Of a stretch of DNA of 32,000 nucleotides, positions 1 through 9,413 are shown piece by piece; position 1 is the first letter of the stretch; the number at the start of each line of letters is the position of its first letter. Both the position numbers and the translations under genes were made by a program. The notes under the pieces are model-generated. The model worked only from the letters and a program-made list of their open reading frames with translations, was not told the DNA's origin and searched no databases. Source of the DNA: Clostridium cavendishii DSM 21758 (GTDB lineage: Bacteria > Bacillota > Clostridia > Clostridiales > Clostridiaceae); assembly GCF_900141845.1 (NCBI RefSeq), contig NZ_FQZB01000013.1, positions 65,289 through 97,288 of the forward strand, in the 5' to 3' direction.

Positions 1-200
1 TCAACAAGTCGTTTTTGCTTATACCCAAAACTTTTAGAATGTAAATCCGAAATGTGTATTATTTTATATCCATTAAAATTTTTAGGTATTTTTTTGTTTA
101 TTATGTTAACCTTTGTTTCATCTATAACATTATTTTCATAATATATAAATATAGTTATCAAAATAATTATAAAAATTGCTACTAAAATATATTTAACCAT
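1..200 (-). CDS. Metallophosphoesterase, N-terminal fragment (continues beyond window start)
   Basis: Manual minus-strand translation from the ATG at 200-198 gives MVKYILVAIFIIILITIFIYYENNVIDETKVNIINKKIPKNFNGYKIIHISDLHSKSFGYKQKRLV, open to position 1. It has an N-terminal TM helix followed by the ISDLH (DxH) metallophosphoesterase motif I. It starts 6 nt after the nrdG stop and has no clear SD. Confidence 0.55.
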   Translation of the reverse strand, partial: MVKYILVAIFIIILITIFIYYENNVIDETKVNIINKKIPKNFNGYKIIHISDLHSKSFGYKQKRLV

Positions 201-206
201 ATCATT

Positions 207-716
207 TTAAAATGACAGCTCTATAACGCTATCTTCCTTTAAACTTTTTTCAACATCTATAATTCTTTGATTTGAAGAACCTTTAAACCTTAGTCCCTCT
301 TGTTTTTGCTCTTCAACAAATCTACCATCAACTAATACATCTATATTCTCTAATAATTCTTGCCATTTATTCTTATCACTAGTATTCTCTCTTAAGTATT
401 CAAACGTATATCCTGTATAACACCATATATTAAGGTTCATTTTTTTAAAAGCTTTAGCCATATATGTGAATTTATCTGCTTGTTCAAACGGGTCTCCCCC
501 ACTGAAAGTTATTCCTTTTAACATAGGATTTTCTTTTACATCTAAAATAAGTTCATCCATATCTAAAAGTTCTCCACCATTAAAATCATGAGTATCTACA
601 TTAAAACAACCTTTACAATTATGACGACATCCCTGCGAAAAAAACACTCTTCTCATTCCAGGTCCATTAACTAGACTTTCATAAGCTATTCCAGATAATC
701 TTATGCTTTTATCCAT
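207..716 (-). CDS. nrdG: Anaerobic ribonucleoside-triphosphate reductase activating protein (radical SAM)
   Basis: 169 aa. Contains the CRHNCKGC radical-SAM CxxxCxxC cluster motif, the N-terminal SGIAYESLVNGPG typical of NrdG, and GITFSGGDP. SD GGAGAG lies 9 nt upstream. Confidence 0.93.
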   Translation of the reverse strand: MDKSIRLSGIAYESLVNGPGMRRVFFSQGCRHNCKGCFNVDTHDFNGGELLDMDELILDVKENPMLKGITFSGGDPFEQADKFTYMAKAFKKMNLNIWCYTGYTFEYLRENTSDKNKWQELLENIDVLVDGRFVEEQKQEGLRFKGSSNQRIIDVEKSLKEDSVIELSF

Positions 717-862
717 TAAACTACACTCTCCATTTCTAAATTTAAAAGATATAATCTTTATATCCTTACTATATTTCTCTTTTGTAATGTACCATATAAA
801 AAATTATTCTTATAAGATTTGCCATACGAAAAAATATCCATAATGTATATATATTTTAACAT

Positions 863-887
863 AAAAAAAGACCTTAAAGGTCTTTTT
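863..887 (-). terminator. Rho-independent terminator after icd (palindromic, usable in both directions)
   Basis: Stem aaagacc/ggtcttt around loop ttaaa. It is flanked by an A-run on one side and a T-run on the other. Confidence 0.7.
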
Positions 888-916
888 AATAATTAAATTT
901 TTATAACATTTTGATT

Positions 917-2125
917 CTATAAACAGCTTTCTAATCTTATTTTTATAGCTTTTATAAACCCTTCTGTATTAACAACATTAACATCTTTATTATCTAGTAA
1001 TAATGCTAAATCCTTAGTCATTGTTCCATTTTCAATAGTATCTATAGCCGCTTTCTCCAGCTTCATAGCAAATTCAACTAATTCATTATTCGAATCTAAC
1101 TCTCCTCTTTTCTTCAGAGCCCCAGTCCATGCAAATATAGTAGCCATTGAATTTGTAGAAGTTTCTTCACCCTTTAAATGCTTATAATAATGCCTTTGAA
1201 CAGTTCCATGAGCTGCTTCATACTCATAATTTCCTTCTGGAGATACTAAAACAGAAGTCATCATAGCAAGACTACCAAAGGCCGTTGCTACCATATCGCT
1301 CATTACATCTCCATCATAGTTTTTACAAGCCCAAATCATACCGCCCTCTGATTTTATAACTCTTGCAACTATGTCATCTATTAAAGTGTAAAAAAATTCT
1401 ATTCCTTTTGCTTCAAACTTTTCTTTATATTCACTTGCATATATATCTTCAAATATATCTTTGAAAGTGTGATCATATTTTTTGGATATTGTATCTTTTG
1501 CTCCAAACCATAAATCTTTCTTAGAATCTAAGGCATAATTAAAGCATGATCTTGCAAAACTTTCTATAGATTTATTTAAATTATGCATCCCTAAAAGTAC
1601 GCCCTCACCTTTAAAATCGTGAATAACTTGTCTTGTGATTTCACCTTCAGAACTTGTAAATACGAGTTCTGCTCTACCTTCTCCTGGGACCTTAAACTCA
1701 ACGTCTCTATAAACATCACCATATGCATGTCTCGCTATAGTTATAGGTTTAGTCCAATTTTTAACGAACGGCTTTATATTACTTACTATTATAGGAGTTC
1801 TAAATACTGTACCATCTAAGATTGCTCTTATAGTTCCATTAGGGCTTTTCCACATTTCCTTTAAATTATATTCTTTAACCCTATCTGCATTAGGAGTTAT
1901 AGTTGCACATTTAACTCCTACTCCATATCTTTTGATAGCTTCTGCTGCATCTACAGTAACCTTATCATTAGTCTCATTTCTATATTCTAACCCTAAATCA
2001 TAATACTCACTTTTAAGATTTACATACGGAAGTATAAGTTCATTCTTTATATCCTTCCATATTACCCTTGTCATTTCATCTCCATCCATTTCAACCAATG
2101 GTGTGGTCATTTCTATCCTATTCAT
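917..2125 (-). CDS. icd: NADP-dependent isocitrate dehydrogenase, eukaryote-like (type II) homodimeric form
   Basis: 402 aa. The N-terminus [15 protein letters not shown] and the overall length match IDH1/IDH2-like enzymes. SD GGAGGGG is upstream. A 78-nt gap to aconitase suggests an operon. Confidence 0.93.
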   Translation of the reverse strand: MNRIEMTTPLVEMDGDEMTRVIWKDIKNELILPYVNLKSEYYDLGLEYRNETNDKVTVDAAEAIKRYGVGVKCATITPNADRVKEYNLKEMWKSPNGTIRAILDGTVFRTPIIVSNIKPFVKNWTKPITIARHAYGDVYRDVEFKVPGEGRAELVFTSSEGEITRQVIHDFKGEGVLLGMHNLNKSIESFARSCFNYALDSKKDLWFGAKDTISKKYDHTFKDIFEDIYASEYKEKFEAKGIEFFYTLIDDIVARVIKSEGGMIWACKNYDGDVMSDMVATAFGSLAMMTSVLVSPEGNYEYEAAHGTVQRHYYKHLKGEETSTNSMATIFAWTGALKKRGELDSNNELVEFAMKLEKAAIDTIENGTMTKDLALLLDNKDVNVVNTEGFIKAIKIRLESCL

Positions 2126-2203
2126 TTTAGCCCCTCCAATTTAAACTTAAACTATAATAAAAAATGAACTTAAAGTTTTAAAAGTTAAAGAATCCGTAAA
2201 ACT

Positions 2204-4126
2204 CTACCTTATATAATTAAGTCTTCCACCAGCTTTTAATATAGCTATCTCTTTTGAGGTTAAGTCAACTCTAACATTTATAGAAAAACTTTCTCCTTCA
2301 TTGTTCTTTACATCTAATTTTAAGTTATTATTATTTAAACTATTCAATAAATCATTAATGGTTATCTCTGCAAGATCTCTTATTTTATCATAATCTTCTG
2401 GGTTCTCAAAAATCATTGGTATTATTCCATTGTTTATTAAATTAGCTTTATGAATCCTAGCAAAGCTCTTAGCTATAACCCCTTTTATTCCAAGATATAA
2501 AGGTGCTAATGCAGCATGTTCCCTACTTGAACCCTGACCATAGTTATTTCCTCCAACTATAAAGCCACCATTATATTCTTTAGCTCTCTTAGGAAAATCT
2601 TTATCTACCGTATTAAAACAATATTCCGCAAGATAAGGAATATTACTTCTATAAGGAAGCAACTTAGAATTTGAAGGCATAATATGATCTGTTGTGATAT
2701 TATCAGAAACCTTTAATAGCACTTTACCTTCTACTATATCATTCAGCTCTTTATTTATTGGAAATGGTTTTATATTTGGTCCTCTTACTACTTCTACATC
2801 CTTACCATCCTCTGAAGGATCTATAATCATAGAATCATCTATTATAAATTTTTCTGGAAAATCTATACTAATATCTCCATCAAACTCTCTTGGATCTGAT
2901 AAGTACCCATTTATAGCAGATACAGCAGCAGTTTCTGGACTTACTAAATAAACTTGAGCTGTTAGACAACCACTTCTTCCATAAAAATTCCTATTAAAAG
3001 TTCTTAAAGAAACACCATTAGTTCCAGGTGCTTGACCCATACCTATACATGGTCCACAACCATTTTCTAAAATTCTAGCTCCAGAACTTATTATATCTGC
3101 TAGAGCTCCATTCCTAGCTAACATCTCTACTACTTGTCTCGAACCTGGTGAAATAACTAAACTTACATCTCTATGAACCTTTTTGCCTTTAAGTATTTTA
3201 GCTACTTTCATTAAGTCCTCATAAGATGAATTAGTACAACTACCAATAGCCACTTGATCTACCTTTATTTTTCCTACCTTAGAAACCTCTTCCACATTAT
3301 CTGGAGAATGAGGTTTAGCTACTAAAGGTTGTAAACTATTCAAATCTATATTTATTTCTTCATCATAAGTAGCATCTTTGTCTGCTTTAAGTTCTATAAA
3401 TTCATTTTCCCTACCTTGAGCCCTAAAATATTCAAGCGTTTTTTCATCACTTGGAAATATTGATGTAGTTGCTCCTAATTCCGCTCCCATATTTGTTATT
3501 GTAGCTCTTTGAGGTACCGAAAGACATTTTAATCCTTCTCCACTATATTCAAAAACCCTTGAAACCCCACCTTTTACAGTCAGTCTTCTAAGAACTTCTA
3601 AAACTATATCCTTCCCAGTAACCATATGAGTTAATTTGCCAGTTAAATTCACCTTACAAACCTTAGGAGTATTTATATAGTATGCTCCACCAGCCATAGC
3701 AATAGCTACATCCAAACCACCAGCTCCAAACGCAAGCATTCCAACCCCACCTGCCGTAGGAGTATGGGAATCTGAACCTATTAAAGTCTCGCCCGGATGA
3801 GAAAATCTCTCTAAAAATACTTGATGACAAATTCCGTTACCAGGCTTAGAAAAATAAACCCCATATTTAGAAGCAACAGTTTGTATAAATTTATGGTCAT
3901 CTGCATTTTCAAAACCTTGTTGTAGCATATTATGATCTACAAATGCTACACTTCTTTTAGTTTTGACTCTTTCTATTCCCATAGCTTCTAATTGTAAATA
4001 AGCCATGGTTCCTGTTGAGTCCTGAGTTAATGTTTGATCAATCCTTACTCCTATAGGCTCTAAAGCCTTTAACTCTCCCTCAACTAAATGATTTTTTAAT
4101 ATCTTATATACTAAATTATAGCCCAC
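2204..4126 (-). CDS. Aconitate hydratase (short, about 640-aa form)
   Basis: 640 aa with a GTG start after SD GGAGGG. Aconitase family motifs are present: IGSDSHT, the GSCTNSS and NGCGPCIG Fe-S cysteine ligand regions, and the swivel-domain GGNNYGQGSSREHAA. Confidence 0.92.
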   Translation of the reverse strand: MGYNLVYKILKNHLVEGELKALEPIGVRIDQTLTQDSTGTMAYLQLEAMGIERVKTKRSVAFVDHNMLQQGFENADDHKFIQTVASKYGVYFSKPGNGICHQVFLERFSHPGETLIGSDSHTPTAGGVGMLAFGAGGLDVAIAMAGGAYYINTPKVCKVNLTGKLTHMVTGKDIVLEVLRRLTVKGGVSRVFEYSGEGLKCLSVPQRATITNMGAELGATTSIFPSDEKTLEYFRAQGRENEFIELKADKDATYDEEINIDLNSLQPLVAKPHSPDNVEEVSKVGKIKVDQVAIGSCTNSSYEDLMKVAKILKGKKVHRDVSLVISPGSRQVVEMLARNGALADIISSGARILENGCGPCIGMGQAPGTNGVSLRTFNRNFYGRSGCLTAQVYLVSPETAAVSAINGYLSDPREFDGDISIDFPEKFIIDDSMIIDPSEDGKDVEVVRGPNIKPFPINKELNDIVEGKVLLKVSDNITTDHIMPSNSKLLPYRSNIPYLAEYCFNTVDKDFPKRAKEYNGGFIVGGNNYGQGSSREHAALAPLYLGIKGVIAKSFARIHKANLINNGIIPMIFENPEDYDKIRDLAEITINDLLNSLNNNNLKLDVKNNEGESFSINVRVDLTSKEIAILKAGGRLNYIR

Positions 4127-4185
4127 AATTTAGCCCTCCTCTTATTAAGCCTCTTTATTTATTGCTTATTAAACTATTATTATAT

Positions 4186-5355
4186 TTACTTATTGCTTAT
4201 TTTAATGTTCCCATTTTCAACTCCATCTTTATAAATTTGTACTAACTCTTTATCAAAAAGAGATCTCTTAAGCATTACAGACAATTCTCTAACCTTAACT
4301 AGCATGTATTCAGCCACAGCACTATCTAGTTCTATACCATACTCTTTAAACTTATTAACTATTGAAGCCCTACCTGAATGCTTTCCTATTATTATTTGTC
4401 TTTCAAGACCAACTACGCTTGGCTCAAAAGCTTCATAATTTAAAGGATTCTTTATAGCACCATCTGCATGTATACCTGATTCATGTGCGAACATATTAGA
4501 ACCTACTATAGCCTTCCAAGCTGGAAGCTCTCTACCTGAAGCCTTAGAAACATATTCCGATACCTCTTTAAACATCCTAGTATCTACATTAACATCATAA
4601 TCATGTACATATTTGAGAGCCATTAAAACCTCCTCTAATGCAGCATTACCAGCTCTCTCACCAAGTCCATTTACTGTAACTCCTATATGACTAGCCCCTC
4701 CCATTACTCCTGCTAATGCATTTGCTGTAGCCATACCAAAATCATTATGAGTATGCATTTCTATATCAAATTTGGTTCTAGCTGTCAAAATATTTATATT
4801 TTCCTTTATTTTAAAGGGATTCATAATGCCAACAGTATCACAATACCTAAACCTATCTGCACCAGCTTGTTTTGCAACTTCTATAAATTTAGTCAAAAAA
4901 TCTATATCAGCCCTTGAAGCATCCTCCCCATTTACAGATACGTATAGTCCATTTTTCTTCGCAAATTCTACTGATTTAACCATATTTTCTAAAACCCAAT
5001 CACGTGTAGTTTTAAGCTTATGTTCTATATGAATATCTGATACAGAAATAGAAATTGCTACTGAATCTACCCCACAATCTATAGATTCTTGTATGTCTTT
5101 TATAACAGCTCTATTCCACGCCATGATACTACTATTTAAATTTCTCTTAACAATTGATTTTATAGCTTCTTTCTCATCACCACCCATAGCTGGAATTCCA
5201 ACCTCTAATTGATCTATCCCCAAATCACTAAGCATTTGAGCTATAGTCACCTTTTCATGGTTAGCAAATACTACACCTGCAGTTTGCTCTCCATCTCTAA
5301 GAGTCGTGTCAACTATATAAATATTTTTATTATCCTTCTTATTTCTAATAGTCAT
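4186..5355 (-). CDS. Homocitrate/2-isopropylmalate synthase family enzyme, probably Re-face citrate synthase
   Basis: 389 aa. Has the HMGL-like DRE-TIM motif TTLRDGEQ plus EMHTHNDFGMATANAL. The family call comes from the sequence. The citrate synthase role is inferred from the operon with aconitase and IDH. Confidence 0.8.
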   Translation of the reverse strand: MTIRNKKDNKNIYIVDTTLRDGEQTAGVVFANHEKVTIAQMLSDLGIDQLEVGIPAMGGDEKEAIKSIVKRNLNSSIMAWNRAVIKDIQESIDCGVDSVAISISVSDIHIEHKLKTTRDWVLENMVKSVEFAKKNGLYVSVNGEDASRADIDFLTKFIEVAKQAGADRFRYCDTVGIMNPFKIKENINILTARTKFDIEMHTHNDFGMATANALAGVMGGASHIGVTVNGLGERAGNAALEEVLMALKYVHDYDVNVDTRMFKEVSEYVSKASGRELPAWKAIVGSNMFAHESGIHADGAIKNPLNYEAFEPSVVGLERQIIIGKHSGRASIVNKFKEYGIELDSAVAEYMLVKVRELSVMLKRSLFDKELVQIYKDGVENGNIKISNK

Positions 5356-5895
5356 AACCTTAGCCCCCTTTTTTTAAATCTAACCTTAGCCCTCCATTTT
5401 TTGAATGATAACAACTCTTACGCTTCATTTTTACTCTTTATTTTATATCACCTCCAACCAGTATTCTACTATTCACAATACTCCAGACACTTTTTAAGTA
5501 TATGGAATTGTTTGTTAAATACAATTTTATCATAGCAATAATTCAATTTCCACATATTTTTGTTTTTTTAATAAATTAATAATATATAGATTCTAATAAA
5601 TAATCTACGCCATAAATTTTAGAAAAGTCTATAATCTTGAGTAATTTGAGTTTAAAAAATTAATTAGGACCTATATATGTTACAATTTAAAATTTAAATT
5701 TACATTAATATACTTGTTAAACATAAAATAAAGACAATATTAAATTTAATTTATAAAAATCATATTACAATTAGAAATTGAATATAAAGTAAGGACCGGT
5801 CAATTAACCGATCCTTATTTTATACATATTCATATTTTTATCAAAAATTCATTAAAACTTTTTAAATCTAGCTCATATTGGTAATTTTATTCCAA

Positions 5896-5940
5896 TAAAA
5901 AATAAGTTGATTAAAGCTAAATCCACTTTAATCAACTTAT
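5896..5940 (-). terminator. Strong rho-independent terminator of nrdD
   Basis: A 15-bp stem ataagttgattaaag / ctttaatcaacttat, followed on the minus strand by TTTTTTATTGG. Confidence 0.85.
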
Positions 5941-5945
5941 TATAT

Positions 5946-8063
5946 TTAAACGCAATAATATGCTTTCTTATGTTTATCTAAATGAGAAATTCTAGCTTCT
6001 CTTTCTTCATACTTACCAGGTCCGAACCTTTCATCTAGACTTAAGTATCCAGTCACTCTTGATACACCTTGTATATTAGAACTTCCGCAATTAGTACACT
6101 TATGTTCATGATTATGAAGATAAGTTCCACACTCTCTGCAATATCTTATATGAAAGTTTATTCCTAGATAGCTTATATTAGTATTCTTATAAGCATAATT
6201 TAATATATCCATTATAGCTTCTCCATTTGGACAATCATCTACTTCAAGATAACTTATATGTCCAGCATTGCAAAGACTATGATATGGAGCCTCTATATCT
6301 ATTTTTCGTTTAATTGATATTGGATAATAAACAGGAATATGATAGCTATTTGTATAGTAATCTTTATCAGTTACGCCTTTAAGTTTACCAAATATCTTTT
6401 GATCTTGTTTTATAAACTTTCCTGAAAGTCCTTCTGCTGGTGTTGCATAAGTACTCCAATTAAGTCTTGTTTCCTCTGTTAATTTATCAGTGTATTCTCT
6501 AATATGGGTAACTATTCTAACACCTAATTCTCTAGTTTCCTCATCTTCCCCATGATGCTTACCAGTAAGTGCTATAAGAGTTTCTGCAAGACCTATGAAG
6601 CCTATACCCCATGTTCCTTGTTTTAATATTGGCTCAATAGAATCATCTGGTGACAATCCTTCTGACCCTTTCATAAGACCTTGACCAGCCACAAAAGGTA
6701 AATCTTTGACTCTTAAATTCTTTAAAACTCCATATCTATGCATTAAAGCTTCCTTTGAAAGTAATAATCTTGCATCTAATAGTTCAAAGAACTTATCTAT
6801 ACTACCCTTAGCTAATATACCTACTCTTGGCATATTTATAGTTACTGGTGCTATATTTCCTCTACCTTTACATCCTGGTTCACCGTTTACGTTTTTCATT
6901 AAGTAAGTTCTACATCCCATAGTTGCTGGCATATATCCCTTATCGTAATACTCTTTATTAAAATCTGCATCTATATTCATAAATGTTGGATTCATTCTTT
7001 TAGCTGCAACTCTACATGCTAATTCATAAAGGTAGAAATATGGATCGTTAACTTCTCTATTTACGCCTTCCTTAACTCTAAAAATTATATTAGGGAATAT
7101 TGGTTGCTCACCTTTGCCAAGTCCTCTTTCATATTCTTCTAAAAATACTTCACAAACTAAGGCTGCATCTTCATTCATTGGTATACCTAAATTAATAGAA
7201 CTAAAAGGAACCTGTGAACCTGCTCTTGAATGCATTGTATTAAGATTATATACAACACCTTGCATAGCTTGATGTACTCTCTCATTAAGCTTCTTTTTAG
7301 TAAGCTCTTCTAATCTATCACCTTCTATACCAAGCTCTATATATTCTTCTTTTATTTCCTGCCTTGTAGGCTCAATAAAAATTGACATATCATTATCAAA
7401 ATCAGGATGTGCCTGACCGCCAAACATATCATTTTGAGTTGATTGAAGAAGTATGCATGAAAGCTCTGCAGCTGTCTCTATTCTTCTTGGTTTATTTATA
7501 GTTCCGTATCCTGTATTAAATCCATTTTCAAGCATTTCCCTAGTTGGTATGTGTAAACAATTTGTAGTTAAATTATAACTATCTAAGTCATGATAATAAA
7601 CATCTCCATTTTCATGAGCTTTAGCTAATTCTTTAGGCATAGAAGCTAAATTATGCCACTTGTTAGATTCTGAAGCAATTCTTAAAAGCTTTGATGAAAA
7701 GTTGTTTCCCACATTAGCATTATCTCTATCTGTTTCTACTCCAATTTTACCTATTGCTTTCATAAGATCTGACTTAATTTCTCTAACTCTAGTTCTCTCT
7801 TCCCTATAATAAGCATATACACTCGCTACTTCTTTATGCCCATTATCCTTAAGAGCTTTTTCAACAAGATTTTGAATTTCTTCTACTGTAACTTTTTCTT
7901 TTTCCGACATCTCTATATAGTTAATAACTCTTTGAACAGTCTCTATAACCTGACTTTCTTTTAAGTTATAACCTACTTCATCTGCAGCTCTTTTAATAGC
8001 ATTACTTACTTTTTCTGTATTAAAAACAACCTCTCTACCGTCCCTTTTTACAACATCTAGCAT
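5946..8063 (-). CDS. nrdD: Anaerobic ribonucleoside-triphosphate reductase (class III, glycyl radical)
   Basis: Has an ATP-cone N-terminus (VVKRDGREVVF), a C-terminal Zn ribbon CRECG...CTNCG and the glycyl radical motif RVTGYLS. The ORF track starts at 8078, but GGGGGT lies 7 nt upstream of the internal ATG at 8063 (MLDVVKRDG), so that start is preferred. Confidence 0.95.
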   Translation of the reverse strand: MLDVVKRDGREVVFNTEKVSNAIKRAADEVGYNLKESQVIETVQRVINYIEMSEKEKVTVEEIQNLVEKALKDNGHKEVASVYAYYREERTRVREIKSDLMKAIGKIGVETDRDNANVGNNFSSKLLRIASESNKWHNLASMPKELAKAHENGDVYYHDLDSYNLTTNCLHIPTREMLENGFNTGYGTINKPRRIETAAELSCILLQSTQNDMFGGQAHPDFDNDMSIFIEPTRQEIKEEYIELGIEGDRLEELTKKKLNERVHQAMQGVVYNLNTMHSRAGSQVPFSSINLGIPMNEDAALVCEVFLEEYERGLGKGEQPIFPNIIFRVKEGVNREVNDPYFYLYELACRVAAKRMNPTFMNIDADFNKEYYDKGYMPATMGCRTYLMKNVNGEPGCKGRGNIAPVTINMPRVGILAKGSIDKFFELLDARLLLSKEALMHRYGVLKNLRVKDLPFVAGQGLMKGSEGLSPDDSIEPILKQGTWGIGFIGLAETLIALTGKHHGEDEETRELGVRIVTHIREYTDKLTEETRLNWSTYATPAEGLSGKFIKQDQKIFGKLKGVTDKDYYTNSYHIPVYYPISIKRKIDIEAPYHSLCNAGHISYLEVDDCPNGEAIMDILNYAYKNTNISYLGINFHIRYCRECGTYLHNHEHKCTNCGSSNIQGVSRVTGYLSLDERFGPGKYEEREARISHLDKHKKAYYCV

Positions 8064-8078
8064 ATTACTTACCCCCAT

Positions 8079-8127
8079 TACACAATATATGGTACTGACA
8101 TATTATACTTCACTATATATATATATA
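8079..8127 (-). promoter_or_regulatory. Two NrdR-box-like palindromes overlapping the likely nrdD promoter
   Basis: ACACAATATATGGTAC (8080-8095) matches 13 of 16 positions of the NrdR box consensus acaCwAtATaTwGtgt. A second half-conserved box, TCACTATATATA, is centred about 30 bp away (8110-8125). On the minus strand, TTGGTA-18nt-TATAAT brackets the second box. Confidence 0.5.
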
Positions 8128-8433
8128 CCAATTTTAAATACTTCTTTTTTCCTAATTTAATTAATGCTATGTCTTCCATTCTTTAATTTTTAGCTTTTTT
8201 TGTGTTTTTTCTAATGTTGACATTGGGCTTTTTTGATTACTTAAACTTGTTAATTATAGGTATGTTTTTTTATTATAAAAGAACCTATTATGAAGTTTTT
8301 ATTACTTTATTTTATTTATAAAATTCTCAATCTTAACCCCTTGATGTTTAGTCACTTCTAGCTCTTTACTTTTGGACACTCTCATTTTATTAAAACTTAT
8401 ATATAAATATTTTTCTATTAAACTATATCACTA

Positions 8434-8461
8434 TTGATATAGTTATCACTTATGCTATAAT
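8434..8461 (+). promoter_or_regulatory. Sigma-A type promoter of degV-padR (extended -10)
   Basis: TTGATA (8434-8439), a 16-nt spacer, then TGcTATAAT (8453-8461). It overlaps a perfect 10-bp inverted repeat at 8421-8444. Confidence 0.5.
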
Positions 8462-8563
8462 TTTATTAAGGCATATTTCAGAAATAACGTGGCAATATAT
8501 TTATATCCTTGCTACATTATTTCTTTGACTGCACTTAAAAAATGTTTTTAGGAGGATTAAATT

Positions 8564-9409
8564 TTGCAAAAGATTGCTTTAATTGCAGATAGCGCTTGTG
8601 ATTTACCACAAGAAATTTTACAAAATTATAATATAAAACTATTACCACTTAGAATAATATATAAGGATACAGAGTTCTTAGACAAAATTAACGTGACACC
8701 TGAAGAAATCTATAAAAGATTAGATACAGAAATACCTACAACTTCACTTCCAAGTATGGAATGCATTGAGGATACTTTAGTATCATTAGAACAAGATGGA
8801 TTTACTCATGTTATTGTAATAACTATATCTAGTGGGTTATCTGGAACTTTTAACTCTGTTAGATTAATGGCTGAAAACCATCCTAAACTTCAAAGCTATA
8901 TATTTGACTCTAAAATTCTAGGCATTGCTGAAGGTGTTATTGTATTAGAGACAGCTAAACTTATAGCTAAAGGAAAAACTTATGAAGAAATAATAACAAT
9001 TATTCCAAAAATACAAGAAACCGTATCTATACATTATACACTTGAAACATTAGAGTATTTAAAAAGAGGTGGTCGTATAGGTAGAGTTGCAGGTTCTATA
9101 GCTGAAATGCTTAACATAAAACCAATTATAGGCGTTAGCGACGAAGGCGTTTACTATACCCACGCTAAGGCAAGAGGTAGAAAACAATCCTTAAATAAAC
9201 TTAAAGAGATTCTAAATGAAAATTTAAAAAATCATAAATGTAATGTTTGGATAATTGAAGGTGGCGCTATGGAGGATGCAAAAAAGTTCTTAGATTCTGT
9301 TAAGGACTTTGAAAACATAGAGAACTTAGATCTCTCCACAATAAGTCCAGCGTTGGGAGTTCATACTGGTCCTGGACTTATAGGACTCGGAATTCAAAGG
9401 TTAAGTTAA
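8564..9409 (+). CDS. DegV family fatty-acid-binding protein
   Basis: 281 aa with a TTG start 8 nt after AGGAGG. Typical DegV layout: IALIADSACDLP at the N-terminus, SSGLSGTFNS, and YLKRGGRIG. Confidence 0.9.
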   Translation: MQKIALIADSACDLPQEILQNYNIKLLPLRIIYKDTEFLDKINVTPEEIYKRLDTEIPTTSLPSMECIEDTLVSLEQDGFTHVIVITISSGLSGTFNSVRLMAENHPKLQSYIFDSKILGIAEGVIVLETAKLIAKGKTYEEIITIIPKIQETVSIHYTLETLEYLKRGGRIGRVAGSIAEMLNIKPIIGVSDEGVYYTHAKARGRKQSLNKLKEILNENLKNHKCNVWIIEGGAMEDAKKFLDSVKDFENIENLDLSTISPALGVHTGPGLIGLGIQRLS

Positions 9410-9413
9410 TCTC

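Noticed and set aside
8113-8127. A (TA)7 microsatellite-like tract upstream of nrdD, considered as a possible phase-variable repeat.
   Set aside because: It coincides with the degenerate half of the second NrdR-box-like palindrome and the promoter spacer. It is too short to argue for slipped-strand regulation.
8214-8327. A 37-codon hydrophobic plus-strand ORF (MLTLGFFDYLNLLIIGMFFYYKRTYYEVFITLFYL) in the nrdD-degV spacer, considered as a possible small membrane peptide or toxin.
   Set aside because: It has no SD and no promoter or terminator context. The F/Y/L/I composition is what T-rich non-coding DNA gives in any frame.
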